Shown piece by piece: positions 29,331 through 40,664 of a DNA stretch of 64,000 nucleotides. Origin of the DNA: Candidatus Poribacteria bacterium (GTDB lineage Bacteria > Poribacteria > WGA-4E > JAJDTR01); NCBI GenBank assembly GCA_965222225.1, contig CBDCTK010000002.1, forward strand, positions 2,272,001 to 2,336,000, read 5' to 3'. The notes under the pieces are model-generated. The model was given only the letters and a program-made list of their open reading frames with translations. It did no database searches and was not told the DNA's origin. The translations under genes were made by a program, and so were the position numbers. Within the stretch, counting starts at the first letter, position 1, and the number at the start of each line of letters is the position of its first letter.

Positions 29331-31820
29331 ATGAAAGATTATCAACCTCTCGATTTGTCTGCGTTGTGTAACGCCGGTCTGGATATACTGAACGATGGCG
29401 CGAGTGTGCCAATCGGAGAGCAGACGCTTCGCGGCTTGCCGTTCATCGTCGGCTCAGCCGATCCGGAGCGCGGCGGGGTCTGTCTCATCGCTTTCGATGC
29501 CAAGCGCGGGAATGTGACTATCCCTATCAATCAATCCGCCCGTCGCGTGATTATCGCGCATACCTTGCTTGAGTCGGAACTATCGGAAGGAGGGGCGTTG
29601 GCAAAGCCGATTGCAGACTACGTCTTCCGGATATCGTGCGGCGATGAGGTTCGCGTACCCATCCGTGAGAGATTTGAGATTGCCGTTCCCTCCTATGGCG
29701 GTTTGCCGTTCCGTGCACTTCCGGACCAACTGGATTCACTCTACCCGCGCAATGAGGGAAAATGGAGAGACGCCGGACACCGACAGACCGAGGTAACGCA
29801 AGGCAGACCGCGCGGTTTCTTTCTTTGGTCATGGGAAAATCCACATCCCGATACCCCCATCAAATCGCTGGAGGTCATCCCGACCGGAACACGTTTTGTC
29901 ATCGGAGCAATCACACTCGGACATGTAGACGAACATCCCTTTGTACGGCAGGGCCGTCGCGAAACGCGCATTATCCTAACCAACCCGGAGGACGCGGAAA
30001 AACCGTTCGACCTTGATGTGGAGGTAGATCGAGGGCTCGCAACCTATGTCCACGCCTTGCCGGAGGCTTCTGCGGATGATTTTGTCGACGATTCCTTCAA
30101 AGGCTGGGGCGAGGCACAGAACTCGAAATCTAGCCCCGCCTACACCGAGATTGCGGCGCTCCCCTCTGCGACGGTGACGGTTAAGCAAGGGGAGGAGGAG
30201 GTCGGTAAGGTTAAATGGAGGGATGTGCAAGAAAAAGGTTCCGTCGAGATACCGCGGATGCGCGTGGAACTGCTTGACCGCGGCAGAAATTGGGTGCACG
30301 TCACTGTTCTTGATGAAGAAACCGACAAGCCCGTGCCGTGCCGAGTTCATTTCCGATCGCCCGAAGGCATCGCTTATCAGCCGCACGGTCACCACAATCA
30401 GGTCAACTCGAATATGGAGACTTGGCACATTGATGTAGGCGGCGATGTACGCATGGGACAGATTACTTACGCTTATATAGACGGCACCTGCCAAGGCTGG
30501 CTGCCGCGCGGCGAGGTCATCGTCGATGTCGCACGCGGGTTTGAATACGAGCCGCTTCGGACGCGAGTAAAGGTTGAACCGGGGCAGCGCGAACTCACAC
30601 TGCGCCTCAAACGCTGGATCAACATGAACGAACAGCAATGGTTTAGCGGGGATTCGCATGTTCACTTCCTCTCCACGCAGGGCAGCCATACAGAGTCGCA
30701 GGGCGAAGACCTGAACGTGGTCAACTTGCTGCAATCGCAGTGGGGAAGCCTCTTCACAAACACCGAGGAATTTACGGGCAAGGCGAGCGTCCTGCAGGAC
30801 GGCAATAACATTGTCTATATCACGCAGGAGAACCGCCAACACTTCCTCGGACATTTAATCCTTTTGGGGCTTAAGAAACCGGTCATGCCGTGGTGTAGTG
30901 ATGGCGCCGGAGAAGCCGAACCCGGCGGAACGTTGGAAGTCACTATGAGTGACTGGGCGGACCAGTGCCATGCGCAAGGCGGTACCGTGATTATCCCGCA
31001 TCACCCGAATCCGAACGGCGAACCGGCGGCGCTAATTGCCACCGGCAGAGCGGACGGCGTCGAAATGCTGCGCCACGATCCGTTCAATCACCTTGAGTAC
31101 TACCGTTACCTAAACTGTGGCTATCGTTTACCGTTAGTTGGCGGCACAGACAAGATGTCGAGCGATGTACCGGTAGGCATTTATCGCACGTACGCTCGCC
31201 TCTCTGAAGACGAGGAATTTAATTACGACAACTGGTGCAAGAACGTCGCCCGCGGACGCACGTTCCACAGCGGCGGTCCCATCATCAACCTGACCGTAGA
31301 AGGCAATCAGATAGGCGACACGGTACAGATGTCCGGTCCCGGCACAGTTGAAGTCGAGGCATGGGCGGAGAGCATCTTCCCGATTCACACGCTTGAGCTC
31401 GTCCAAGCCGGGCGCGTGGTGGCATCAACAGAAGACGCGAAGGGCGCCCGACGATTGGAATTGAAGGCGAAGGTGAAGGCGCCTGGACATACGTGGGTGG
31501 CGGCAAGGTGCGGCGGTCCCAACTATACGAGCGTCCAGCACCATGACGGTTGGCAGCGCGGCATATTTGCGCACACCTCCCCGGTCTATATCGCTTGCGG
31601 CGGCGAATGGTGGATGTTCGACAAAGACGCGGCGCAATATATGCTTACGCTCATTGACGGCTGTCTGACCTACATCCGCGAGACCGCCCCGCTACACGAG
31701 CAAGGCACGGCGACACACCATCACGGCGAGCCGGATCACGCTGCCTACCTCGAACGTCCCTTTATCGAAGCGCGCGAGGCAATCCATCAACGCATGCACA
31801 AGCTGGGTATGCCTCACTAA
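29331..31820 (+). CDS. CehA/McbA-family PHP-like metallohydrolase
   Basis: SGDSHVH, QENRQHFLGH, PHHP, YYRYLNCGYRLPLVGGTD, AHTSPVY. Confidence 0.85.
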   Translation: MKDYQPLDLSALCNAGLDILNDGASVPIGEQTLRGLPFIVGSADPERGGVCLIAFDAKRGNVTIPINQSARRVIIAHTLLESELSEGGALAKPIADYVFRISCGDEVRVPIRERFEIAVPSYGGLPFRALPDQLDSLYPRNEGKWRDAGHRQTEVTQGRPRGFFLWSWENPHPDTPIKSLEVIPTGTRFVIGAITLGHVDEHPFVRQGRRETRIILTNPEDAEKPFDLDVEVDRGLATYVHALPEASADDFVDDSFKGWGEAQNSKSSPAYTEIAALPSATVTVKQGEEEVGKVKWRDVQEKGSVEIPRMRVELLDRGRNWVHVTVLDEETDKPVPCRVHFRSPEGIAYQPHGHHNQVNSNMETWHIDVGGDVRMGQITYAYIDGTCQGWLPRGEVIVDVARGFEYEPLRTRVKVEPGQRELTLRLKRWINMNEQQWFSGDSHVHFLSTQGSHTESQGEDLNVVNLLQSQWGSLFTNTEEFTGKASVLQDGNNIVYITQENRQHFLGHLILLGLKKPVMPWCSDGAGEAEPGGTLEVTMSDWADQCHAQGGTVIIPHHPNPNGEPAALIATGRADGVEMLRHDPFNHLEYYRYLNCGYRLPLVGGTDKMSSDVPVGIYRTYARLSEDEEFNYDNWCKNVARGRTFHSGGPIINLTVEGNQIGDTVQMSGPGTVEVEAWAESIFPIHTLELVQAGRVVASTEDAKGARRLELKAKVKAPGHTWVAARCGGPNYTSVQHHDGWQRGIFAHTSPVYIACGGEWWMFDKDAAQYMLTLIDGCLTYIRETAPLHEQGTATHHHGEPDHAAYLERPFIEAREAIHQRMHKLGMPH

Positions 31821-31920
31821 TTGCCTGAGAGTACTGAGGTGAATCATAAGTTATACCATTTCGATTGATTAACAGCGCATATGATTTTTAATCATATCAT
31901 TCTCTTTCTCCGTGGGCGGG

Positions 31921-32118
31921 GATCAAGCGAGCGAATAGCGAGTGCGATAGAGATCCCCTTGCCCCGCATCGGTAAGATTTGATTAACGCTATTAATGCAC
32001 TCCAAATATAGAGAAATGGTATAAGTAGGGGATAACAAGGGATTTTTATCGAGATCCTTATTCAATCGCTCGATCGCTGCTAGCGCTTTCGGAGGCTGGT
32101 GCGCGGTGCGCACCCTAC
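31921..32118. repeat. Intergenic mosaic: two opposed 37-nt elements (31921-31957, 32039-32075) and a GTAG REP (32098-32118)
   Basis: GATCAAGCGAGCGAATAGCGAGTGCGATAGAGATCCC; GGGATTTTTATCGAGATCCTTATTCAATCGCTCGATC; GGTGCGCGGTGCGCACCCTAC. Confidence 0.8.
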
Positions 32119-32173
32119 AGGGTGTTACATCTGTAACCAAAATGTGTAGATCCCAATTAGGTAGGAGGAATGA

Positions 32174-33343
32174 GTGATAACCAAATTCGACTATTTTTAC
32201 GGAGGCCATGTGGAAATGGAAAACCTGGGCTTTCAAGGCCTCCCCGTTGACGACAGGGTGGAGTCGGACGCCCACCTCAATACGGTCATCGACGAATCTC
32301 GGTCTATCGCCGAGTTGATGGACGGATTGAACTTTGACACGCTCTGGCTCGCAGAGCACCACTTCCAGCGAGAGGGCTACGGCTGCGTCCCAAACATACC
32401 GATGTTAAGCCTATATCTCGCACAAACCACCAAGAACCTGAAGTTCGGCGGCTTTTTTAATACCATTCCTGCGTGGCATCCACTTCGGTTGGCGGAAGAT
32501 TTCGCCACGGCAGACATCATGACGGGTGGCAGGGTTAAGTTCGGGCTTGGTCGCGGCTACATCAATCGCGAGGTAGAAACGCTGGGCTCACCGCTTGATG
32601 ATGACCAAGAGAACCGTGAGAAGTTTGAAGAACAGGTCGAGATTATCTTCAAGGCTTGGAATGAGCAGTCCTTCTCGCATCACGGCAAATTTTATGATTT
32701 GCCGCCGAAGGTTATCTACCGTGAGCAGGAATTGGACGAGATTACGCTCGTACCGCGTCCCGTGAATCGACCTGTCGCGTGTTGGCAGCCCATATTCAGC
32801 GCCAGTCCGCGCGGCATAGACTTCATGGTGAAGCACGGGATTAAGGGCGTCGTACCGTCGGGCGGACGCGCTCACAAGATTGCAACGCAGTGGAGAGAAT
32901 CGCTATCCCGCGCCGGGCGCGACACACAGCTTGGAGAGGAACTCGCGCTCGTCCTACAGATACACATTGCCGATACCCAAGAGAAAGCGATTCGGGAAGC
33001 CACGGTTTGGTTTGAAGAGCAACTCAAGGTACTGGCGCCGTTAGGACGGATGCCGCAACTCTCCAGAGATCAGATTTTGGCGACGTACGATCCGGAAACA
33101 GCGGGGAGCGCCGGACTACCAACTGTGTACGATTTGGTTCGTGACCGCGCATGGATCTGTGGACCGCCGGAGCACGTGTACGAAAAACTCTGCGAGATTC
33201 AGGAGGAGTTCCCCGGTCTGGAGCGCGTGTGCATCGGTGCCGGCGCGCTAGCGATTCCGCCCAGCGCAATTAGGAAAGACATTGAGTGGTTCGGCAGGGA
33301 AGTCTTGCCGAAGTTTCAAAGCACAACTAACCTCACGGCTTAA
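32174..33343 (+). CDS. LLM-class flavin-dependent oxidoreductase
   Basis: WLAEHHF, HPLRLAEDFATAD, GRVKFGLGRGY; AGGAGG RBS. Confidence 0.9.
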   Translation: MITKFDYFYGGHVEMENLGFQGLPVDDRVESDAHLNTVIDESRSIAELMDGLNFDTLWLAEHHFQREGYGCVPNIPMLSLYLAQTTKNLKFGGFFNTIPAWHPLRLAEDFATADIMTGGRVKFGLGRGYINREVETLGSPLDDDQENREKFEEQVEIIFKAWNEQSFSHHGKFYDLPPKVIYREQELDEITLVPRPVNRPVACWQPIFSASPRGIDFMVKHGIKGVVPSGGRAHKIATQWRESLSRAGRDTQLGEELALVLQIHIADTQEKAIREATVWFEEQLKVLAPLGRMPQLSRDQILATYDPETAGSAGLPTVYDLVRDRAWICGPPEHVYEKLCEIQEEFPGLERVCIGAGALAIPPSAIRKDIEWFGREVLPKFQSTTNLTA

Positions 33344-33372
33344 ACCAAAATTCGTACGCAAAAAGGAGCTAA

Positions 33373-34173
33373 ATGATAACTCAATACAGAGCGAATCACA
33401 CCAAAGCTGCCCTGCTTAGGGGTGAGACCATCACTGTCCCGGAAATTATCCGCGTATGTGACCCTATCGTCGTTGAATTAATTGCTGAAGCAGGGTTCAC
33501 CTGCGTTTGGATAGATATGGAGCACTCACACCTCAATTTGGACAGGCTATCGAACATGATTTTGGCGGCGCGAACTGTCGACCTTGATGTGATTGTACGC
33601 ATTCCCCATGGGCCATACAATCAGGTGATGAAACCCTTGGAATTGGGTGCTAGTGGTCTGATTTGGCCACACTGCAAGAGCGCGGATGAGGCAAGGCAGT
33701 TCGTCCGTATGGCGAAGTTTCGACCGCTCGGTTTGCGCGGTATGGGTGGCGGCAGAGATTCCCGATTCGGGAAGATGGTGCGTAAAGATTTTTTCGATCA
33801 AGCCAATGAACACACGCTACTCGGCGTAATGATTGAAGACGAGGAAGCGGTAGATGATGTGGAGGCTATAGCTGCCGTTGAGGGAATTGACCTTTTATTC
33901 ATAGGACCGGGAGATCTTCGGCACAGCTACGGAGTAGAACGTGAAGGAGGGGACCAGATTGACCACCCCAGGATTCTTGAGGCATTCGACAAAGTCGGCG
34001 AAGCCTGCCGCGCTCACGGAAAGGCGATGGGTACAGCCGTGGGGCCCGGCGAACCTATGCGCGCCGTTTTTGAGAGGGGAACTCGCTGGTTTAACTGTTG
34101 TCACGATGTCACGGCGTTGACGGACGGCTATGGGCAGGCATTGCGTGCCACGAATGACATCGTGAAGCCTTAA
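33373..34173 (+). CDS. HpcH/HpaI aldolase family
   Basis: WIDMEH, PLGLRG, MIED, FIGPGDL. Confidence 0.9.
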   Translation: MITQYRANHTKAALLRGETITVPEIIRVCDPIVVELIAEAGFTCVWIDMEHSHLNLDRLSNMILAARTVDLDVIVRIPHGPYNQVMKPLELGASGLIWPHCKSADEARQFVRMAKFRPLGLRGMGGGRDSRFGKMVRKDFFDQANEHTLLGVMIEDEEAVDDVEAIAAVEGIDLLFIGPGDLRHSYGVEREGGDQIDHPRILEAFDKVGEACRAHGKAMGTAVGPGEPMRAVFERGTRWFNCCHDVTALTDGYGQALRATNDIVKP

Positions 34174-34236
34174 GACGATTTTAATATCTACAATCCATCC
34201 GATTCGACGACGGAATCCGGTTTACATGCGGGTAAA

Positions 34237-36612
34237 ATGCAAGGAACCCCTCTCATGAATCCCCCACAGCGCGCACCCTACAAGAAACCGAATTCAATGA
34301 CGACTTTACAGAAACTAATTATTTCTTTGACGGTGGTCATCACAATGGAGACCTTATACGCCAACTCATCAGCGTTCGGAGAACACAAACTCAAAATCCT
34401 GCATAACGGCGCGGGATCGCTCACGGTGAAGATTGATGACCGATGGGGACGCAATCATCAACCGTACGACGGTCGTGGGACGATGATAGCAAACGGAGAA
34501 AAGGGAGATGCCGGAATTTGCGTTGTCGGCGTCAACCCGCTCGACCGACAGAAGGATTGGACGACATCCTGTGCCTTCTCGGCTGCGCCCAATGTTGACC
34601 GCTCGTTCAACGCCATGCTCACCATTGGGCGATCGATTGAGGCAACCTTTGATGCCGAAACTTTCCACTATATCGGCTTGCACTGTTACTTGGATAAGGA
34701 CGGTTATCCACAAGGCTGGATACATACACAGGAATCCACGGAACCCGTGCCGACCATGAGCTTTGAGCCGGGTGTCAAGGCTGCGTACAACGGGAAGGAT
34801 AGGTTCACCTTTCAATTCTTCGCGGCAAAGCGAAATCCCGTCAGCCCCCAAATCCTCACCGTTATCTTTAGTAACGGCAGCGCCGAATCACGTTGCGTGC
34901 TTGATGCCAAAACCATCCGCCCCGCCCCGTACCGTCCATGGTTTGTCGCTTACGGGACTCCCAATCTTTTCTACTGCGGTCCGCCGCAATGGACAATCCA
35001 TTCTGTCGATTATGACGCGGATCCCTACGTCCCCGAGCCGACCATTCTCGCGGATGCCCCCGCCATTGTCCCGGCGCCCAAGGAAATTCGCTGGTCAGAG
35101 CCGAAATCGTGGTTCACGCTTAATCAGGAGGTAGCGGTCGATGCGGGCAAACAGGTTGAAAGCCCTGCTGTCGACTCTATACGCCGTCAGATTATGGAGC
35201 GTTGCGGGGTTGCATTAAAGGGGCAGGGAAATCGTACCATCGCGGTTGGGGAACGAGGAGAGGGTAATGCGCGTCTTGATCGGTTTTGTCTTGAAGAAGG
35301 CATCTCTCCACCAGCCAATCACGAAGGCTACACGCTGGTCGTGCAACCCGATTTTGTAGCCGTCGTGGGATCTTCTACCGCTGGGACGTACTACGGCGTA
35401 CAAACGCTGGTACAAATGGCAATGGAAGATGTGGACACAGGCTGGCGGATACCGTGCGGCATCGTGACGGATTGGCCCGATTTTCCGTTCCGAGGCGTCT
35501 ATATTCAACATTCCGATATGGGGGAGGTGCGCGCCTTCTCGGAGAAGAAAATCAACGCCGTTGTGTTTGAAGGTTTTCTCAACTTTTTCGATCCCGATTC
35601 CCTCGATTCCGCCCGCCAACTCTTTGACGAATGTCGGCAGTACGGCATTGAGCCTATTCCCATGATACAAGGGTTCGGACACGGCGATGGAGTTATCAGG
35701 CACGACCCGAACTGGGCGGAGGGAATCTATGTCCAAAATGAGAGACTTGTATTTGCCAAGGGGATGAATCCGCCATCTGTCCCGCTTACACAACCAAATG
35801 TTATGCGCACGGAGCACACCGATATCCTCATCACCGACGAACGCGGAAACAGATACGAGGAGGGAACTGATTACGTTGTTATCCCGGGGGATATCGATCC
35901 GTACCAGCCTCCGGGTAAGCCGTTTGCCGTTGAACGCTTAGCGAACGGCAAAATTCCCGACGACGGAACGGTCTTCGCGTCATACGATTACGCGCCGCTG
36001 CGGGCAAAGAGTCGCTACGACCTCAGTTTCTGTCCAAGTGAACCGGCAACCTACGAGTGGCTCCGTGAGTTGGTAGAAAGCGCCGTTCGCGAGCTGAAGC
36101 CCCGTTATGTGATGATTGGCAGAGATGAACCCATGCGGATGAACACCGACTCACGCTGCCTTACAAGTGGAAAAACCAATGCCGAACTCTTCGCGTGGGA
36201 CGTGCAGCGTATGGTACAATTTGCGACAGTCGCGGATCCGACCGTTGAAGTATTGATGTGGGCGGATGCGGTCAATCCTTACCGGAACGCCTTTAGCCAC
36301 ACGACCAACCCAACCGGACCGGCTATCGACCTGTTGCCTCGACAGGTGATTGTGATGCCTTGGTTTTACGGCAACTTTGAAAGACACACCATGGCAAACT
36401 CGGTTGAGTTCTTTCATCGACACGGTTTTCGTACCGTAGGCGGTGCGTCAAGACATGTTATAAACCCCGCACACTGGGCGGAGGTGGCTTGGGAATTTCG
36501 CGGGCAAGAACAGGGGATGCAAGGACTGCTGCTGACGCCGTGGGAGAATCCGGAAGGAGATTTTTCGCTGTTTGCGAGCCACGCGTGGACACACATCACA
36601 TCTCAGCGATGA
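34237..36612 (+). CDS. Secreted GH20-like (beta-hexosaminidase-type) protein (likely start 34297)
   Basis: IVPAPKE, EGYTL, YYGVQTLVQ, DWPDFPFRG, GFGH, IGRDE catalytic pair, LMWAD. Confidence 0.8.
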   Translation: MQGTPLMNPPQRAPYKKPNSMTTLQKLIISLTVVITMETLYANSSAFGEHKLKILHNGAGSLTVKIDDRWGRNHQPYDGRGTMIANGEKGDAGICVVGVNPLDRQKDWTTSCAFSAAPNVDRSFNAMLTIGRSIEATFDAETFHYIGLHCYLDKDGYPQGWIHTQESTEPVPTMSFEPGVKAAYNGKDRFTFQFFAAKRNPVSPQILTVIFSNGSAESRCVLDAKTIRPAPYRPWFVAYGTPNLFYCGPPQWTIHSVDYDADPYVPEPTILADAPAIVPAPKEIRWSEPKSWFTLNQEVAVDAGKQVESPAVDSIRRQIMERCGVALKGQGNRTIAVGERGEGNARLDRFCLEEGISPPANHEGYTLVVQPDFVAVVGSSTAGTYYGVQTLVQMAMEDVDTGWRIPCGIVTDWPDFPFRGVYIQHSDMGEVRAFSEKKINAVVFEGFLNFFDPDSLDSARQLFDECRQYGIEPIPMIQGFGHGDGVIRHDPNWAEGIYVQNERLVFAKGMNPPSVPLTQPNVMRTEHTDILITDERGNRYEEGTDYVVIPGDIDPYQPPGKPFAVERLANGKIPDDGTVFASYDYAPLRAKSRYDLSFCPSEPATYEWLRELVESAVRELKPRYVMIGRDEPMRMNTDSRCLTSGKTNAELFAWDVQRMVQFATVADPTVEVLMWADAVNPYRNAFSHTTNPTGPAIDLLPRQVIVMPWFYGNFERHTMANSVEFFHRHGFRTVGGASRHVINPAHWAEVAWEFRGQEQGMQGLLLTPWENPEGDFSLFASHAWTHITSQR

Positions 36613-36782
36613 TAGGGGTTCGCGTCCTCCTGTTTGTAGTAGCACAGTTCATTGTGCGTTCCGAGGGAATAACGATCGTTATTCCCTTCTAGATACCTGC
36701 AATCCATCGCACAACTACGACGAAGTTATGTAAGTCCTAGCAGAGTTACACAATCCACTACATCAACACTGGAGCAATCAAC

Positions 36783-37189
36783 ATGCCCGTAATCAGAACC
36801 AGCGAAAAGAAGATGGGACAGGACAATCGGCCGGAATGGTGCGGTGTAACCAATGCCGGCGTTTTCCAGGTGCCGACTGAGAATGGCCGTGCTGACGCCC
36901 ATTACCACGATTGCAACGAATACTGGTTGATTTTCCGTGGCAAAGCCACAATCATGACCGAAGGCGAGACCTTCAAGGCGAGACCTTCTATGTGAAACCC
37001 GGCGACATTGTCTGTACCAAAGCGGGAGACGAGCATGATATACTTGAGGTCTACGAATCTTTGGAGGCGTTCTACTTTGAAGATGCGACGCCCGAAGACG
37101 GCCGCGTCGGCCATCTGCATCGTGACGCGGAGAAAGCCAAAGGTCATCCGGTTCCGAATCTCCCAATACCCGAGGATTTTCCACAATGA
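36783..37189 (+). pseudogene. Cupin-domain protein frameshifted by a 14-bp tandem duplication
   Basis: AAGGCGAGACCTTC twice (36961-36988). Removing one copy joins HYHDCNEYW..TEGETF to YVKPGDIVCTKAGDEH. Confidence 0.85.
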
Positions 37190-38250
37190 ACAAACCCCTT
37201 GAATGTATTCAAATCGGCGTAGGTGGACAGGGACGGCACTGGTGTGAGGCGGTAGTGCCTCGTCTTATGGATCTGGGCTTAGCAGTGCCCATTGCCGCTG
37301 TCGACATCAATGCGGACATTCTCCCCAACGCCAAGACGTATTTGGGGCTTAGCGACGATCAGCTTTACACCAGCGCGGAGCAAGCGCTCGCGGAGCACAA
37401 GCCCGATTTCATCAACATTGTCGTTCCTCCCGCCCATCACGAGGAGATGGCAAATCTCGCAGTGGAACACGGATGCCACATTTTATCCGAAAAGCCGATA
37501 GCCGACACGATGGCGGCGAGCTGCCGTATCTACCACAGGGTCGAGAAGGCGGGACTGAAAATGGCTGTTACCATGACCCACCGGTTCGACCAAGACAAGC
37601 AGACCTTGGAGCGCGAAATCAAGAGCGGAAAGTACGGCAAACTCAGCAGCCTGATTGGGCGCAATTCTTGGGATTGCCGCAAGTACGGTAGCTGGGGACA
37701 CTTCCGTCACGACATTCCCGACACCCTTCTGATAGAGGGTACCGTTCATCATTTCGATATTATCCGTGCACTCAGCGGCGCAGATGCCAAGACGGTGTAC
37801 GCCGTTACGTGGAACCCACCCTGGGGAGAATTCGCGGGTGATTCTAACGGCTTAATCATCATAACCATGGCAAACGGCGTTCAAGTGTTTTACGAAGGAA
37901 ACAAGACGAGCGCGACCGCCACTAACAACTGGAGGCGCGAATATTTCCGGGCGGAATGCGATCTTGCTACACTGGAACTCGACAACCGCGAGTTGCGGGT
38001 CATGAGCGACCTCAGCGGTGAACGTGTTGTAGACAATAAACCGCTCTTGGAGCAATCGGCATGGTGCAATCCGTGGCTCGGAGAAACGTTCGTACACTGG
38101 CTCAACGGTGGCGATGCGCCGCCAAACTCGCTGGATGACAACATTCAGTGTTGCGCTCTGCTGTTTGCTGCCATCGAATCTTCTCATACCGGAAATGTCA
38201 TTGACGTGCAGGACTTCCTCCAAACAAACTTGAAGGCCGTTGCGGACTGA
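37186..38250 (+). CDS. Gfo/Idh/MocA oxidoreductase
   Basis: IGVGGQG, HILSEKP, EGTVHHFD. Confidence 0.9.
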   Translation: MNKPLECIQIGVGGQGRHWCEAVVPRLMDLGLAVPIAAVDINADILPNAKTYLGLSDDQLYTSAEQALAEHKPDFINIVVPPAHHEEMANLAVEHGCHILSEKPIADTMAASCRIYHRVEKAGLKMAVTMTHRFDQDKQTLEREIKSGKYGKLSSLIGRNSWDCRKYGSWGHFRHDIPDTLLIEGTVHHFDIIRALSGADAKTVYAVTWNPPWGEFAGDSNGLIIITMANGVQVFYEGNKTSATATNNWRREYFRAECDLATLELDNRELRVMSDLSGERVVDNKPLLEQSAWCNPWLGETFVHWLNGGDAPPNSLDDNIQCCALLFAAIESSHTGNVIDVQDFLQTNLKAVAD

Positions 38251-38308
38251 GATTTGAACGTTTAGCACTAGATAAACGCGAGATTCTATGTGAAAATCTT
38301 AAAAAACA

Positions 38309-39428
38309 ATGTCAGAAGACTCTGAGATTCGCAATCTTTTCGACGCGCAGATAGAACACTTTCCAGATAAGAGTGCCCGATGGTTGTTCGAAGACAGAGA
38401 GAATGTCCGTGGATTATTGGAAATTGTCGCAGGCGAACTAGTTGAGTTAATCGACTTTAGCCAAATTGTGCAGGTTAATCGAAGCTTCATTCCGGACAAT
38501 CTGCGGGAACAAGAGTCTGATATGGTGTTTAGCGTGCCGTTTCAGAGCGAATCTAAAACGGACGAACTGCTGATTTATATCCTCATTGAACACCAATCCA
38601 CCGTTGACCCGATAATGGGGTTCCGAGTGCTCTTTTATTATGACACAGATTTGGGATTCTCAGCGACGGGAGTGGGAATCACAATCTGTTCCCAAAGGGA
38701 AGTGGCGTTTCCGTCCGATTCTCCCAATCGTGTTTTACACGGGTGAGCAGAGATGGACCGCCCCGCTGACCCTTGATGCGAAAATGGACATCCCCGATGT
38801 GCTCTCTCGATTTGTTCCTAAATTCGACACCCTGTTTCTAGGCGTCAAGGAAACAGACGAATCGGAATTAACGAAAGCCGACCATCCGCTTGGATGGTTG
38901 CTCACCGTGCTTCAGAAGGAACATGCAACTGTCGAAGCACTCAGCGACGCATTGATTGAAGCGTTATCGCATATCAACACCCTTGATGAAGCGAGCGCAC
39001 AGCAGAGGCGACGGGCAATTTCCTATTTGCTGCTCTTAATCCTGCACCGCCGACCATTTGAAGAACAAACAGAATTGACCCATCTTCTTGGGCAACACGT
39101 CCGACAACCGTCAGATAGAGAGGAGGTAGAACTCATGGCACAGACAATGGCTGAGCATCTCATCGAACAAGGCAAAGTTCAAGGTATTGAGCAGGGAATC
39201 GAGCGAGGAATTGAACAGGGAAAAGCTCAAGGCATTGAACAAGGGAAAATTCAGGAGAAACAGGCTGATGTTCTAAAAATCCTGCGACTCCGATTTCAAG
39301 CTGTTCCCGAATCCCTTGCCGGCGAGATTAACTTGATACGGAGCCTGTCACGTCTTGATACGCTCCTTGAGCAAGCGGTAACCGCAAAGACACCAGACGA
39401 AATTGACTTACACAATCACCACAGCTAA
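38309..39428 (+). pseudogene. Rpn/YhgA-like recombination-promoting nuclease (putative transposase) with a +1 frameshift near 38640
   Basis: ESDMVF..LIEHQS..MGFRVLFY continues in another frame as MTQIW..PILPIVFYTG..GIEQG repeats. Confidence 0.85.
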
Positions 39429-39559
39429 AATCTTTCTCAACTAATCCATCCCGTTTTCGGGAAAAGCCACTTTGGGAAATTTCTTTGCAATATCGGATGC
39501 AGTTTATCTAAATTGACCAAGAAAGTCCTTATTACATACCCTTTGAAAGGAGACATCGG

Positions 39560-40609
39560 ATGAGGTGGACCTTACCAACCATTGCTCTGATGGTAGGCAT
39601 GGTTGATGCTACCTATAGCGAAATCAAAGATATTCAATGGAAAATTGGCCCCAACATCCCCGAGTTTAGAAAAGGGGGCTGTGCGACTGCTTTAGGAGGT
39701 AAGATTATCAGCGTATTCGGAATGCGGCAGCCTTGGGGAGAGATGGAAACTATGTACATCTATGACCCGGCGCAGGATTGGTGGCTCAGAGGGCCGAACG
39801 CCCCTATCGGACAAACCTATGTCCAAGGCACAATGTGCGAAGGTGCCTTCTTCGCCATCGGCGGTCGTATGCGTGGGGTACGTCCACACTGCTACAGTCT
39901 TGAGGACAAAGGAAACGGGGAGTACCTCTGGACACAGATGCCCGATTTGAACGAATCGCGGGGCTGGGCGCCCAGTGTTGCAATCGGATCAAAGATTTAT
40001 GTCTGCGGAGGTTCAAAGGGAAACCACGGCCCGACGATGAATTCGGTCGAGATGTTGGACACCGCCGAACCAAACCCGCAGTGGAAGATTGTTACTTCAA
40101 TACCGGGAAGGTCGCGCGGGTGGTTAGGCGCTGCCGCCGTGAAGGGACAAATCTACGTCATTGGCGGATCTCATGCTTTTGATCCCAAGCCCGAACGAGG
40201 CGATCTCAGAACACGTCTCGCAGAAGTTCTCGTCTATGATCCACAGACGGGAGCGTGGGATACCAAGAGACCACTTCCCTACCCGCTCTCCGGCATGGAT
40301 TGCTGCGTATATAAGGATCGATACATCATTGTGGCGGGCGGTGCCGGGCTTGTCGCCAGTTATAACGAGGAGATGATGAGAGCCTACACGGAAGTCCGGG
40401 AACACAAGTCTTACTTCACCCCCTTTATTCTGGTGTATGACACGGAATCCGACGAGTGGAGCCGCCTGCCGAGTTTGCTTCCGGTGCCGACAAACGATAT
40501 CCGAATCGTGTTACTTGGCAACAAACTTTACGCATTAGGCGGCGAAAACATTGAACCGGCGACGAGCAACACGACACCCTGGTTCCGCATCGGTGAAATT
40601 GTCGAATAA
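39560..40609 (+). CDS. Kelch-repeat protein with signal peptide
   Basis: Repeated IYVxGG...YDP...W units. Confidence 0.85.
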   Translation: MRWTLPTIALMVGMVDATYSEIKDIQWKIGPNIPEFRKGGCATALGGKIISVFGMRQPWGEMETMYIYDPAQDWWLRGPNAPIGQTYVQGTMCEGAFFAIGGRMRGVRPHCYSLEDKGNGEYLWTQMPDLNESRGWAPSVAIGSKIYVCGGSKGNHGPTMNSVEMLDTAEPNPQWKIVTSIPGRSRGWLGAAAVKGQIYVIGGSHAFDPKPERGDLRTRLAEVLVYDPQTGAWDTKRPLPYPLSGMDCCVYKDRYIIVAGGAGLVASYNEEMMRAYTEVREHKSYFTPFILVYDTESDEWSRLPSLLPVPTNDIRIVLLGNKLYALGGENIEPATSNTTPWFRIGEIVE

Positions 40610-40664
40610 CCTCAGCCCATCTATACAATGCCCTAGGCAAAACCGCCCATAGGAGACAATCGGA

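Noticed and set aside
29976-30854. Long antisense and shadow ORFs (for example 292 aa here, 228 aa at 40535)
   Set aside because: They lie opposite well-supported genes in GC-rich DNA and carry no motifs.
38309-39428. Rpn/YhgA gene as the mobiliser of the 37-nt element, or as a programmed frameshift
   Set aside because: No copies flank it and there is no slippery sequence at the shift. A single-base insertion is the simpler explanation.
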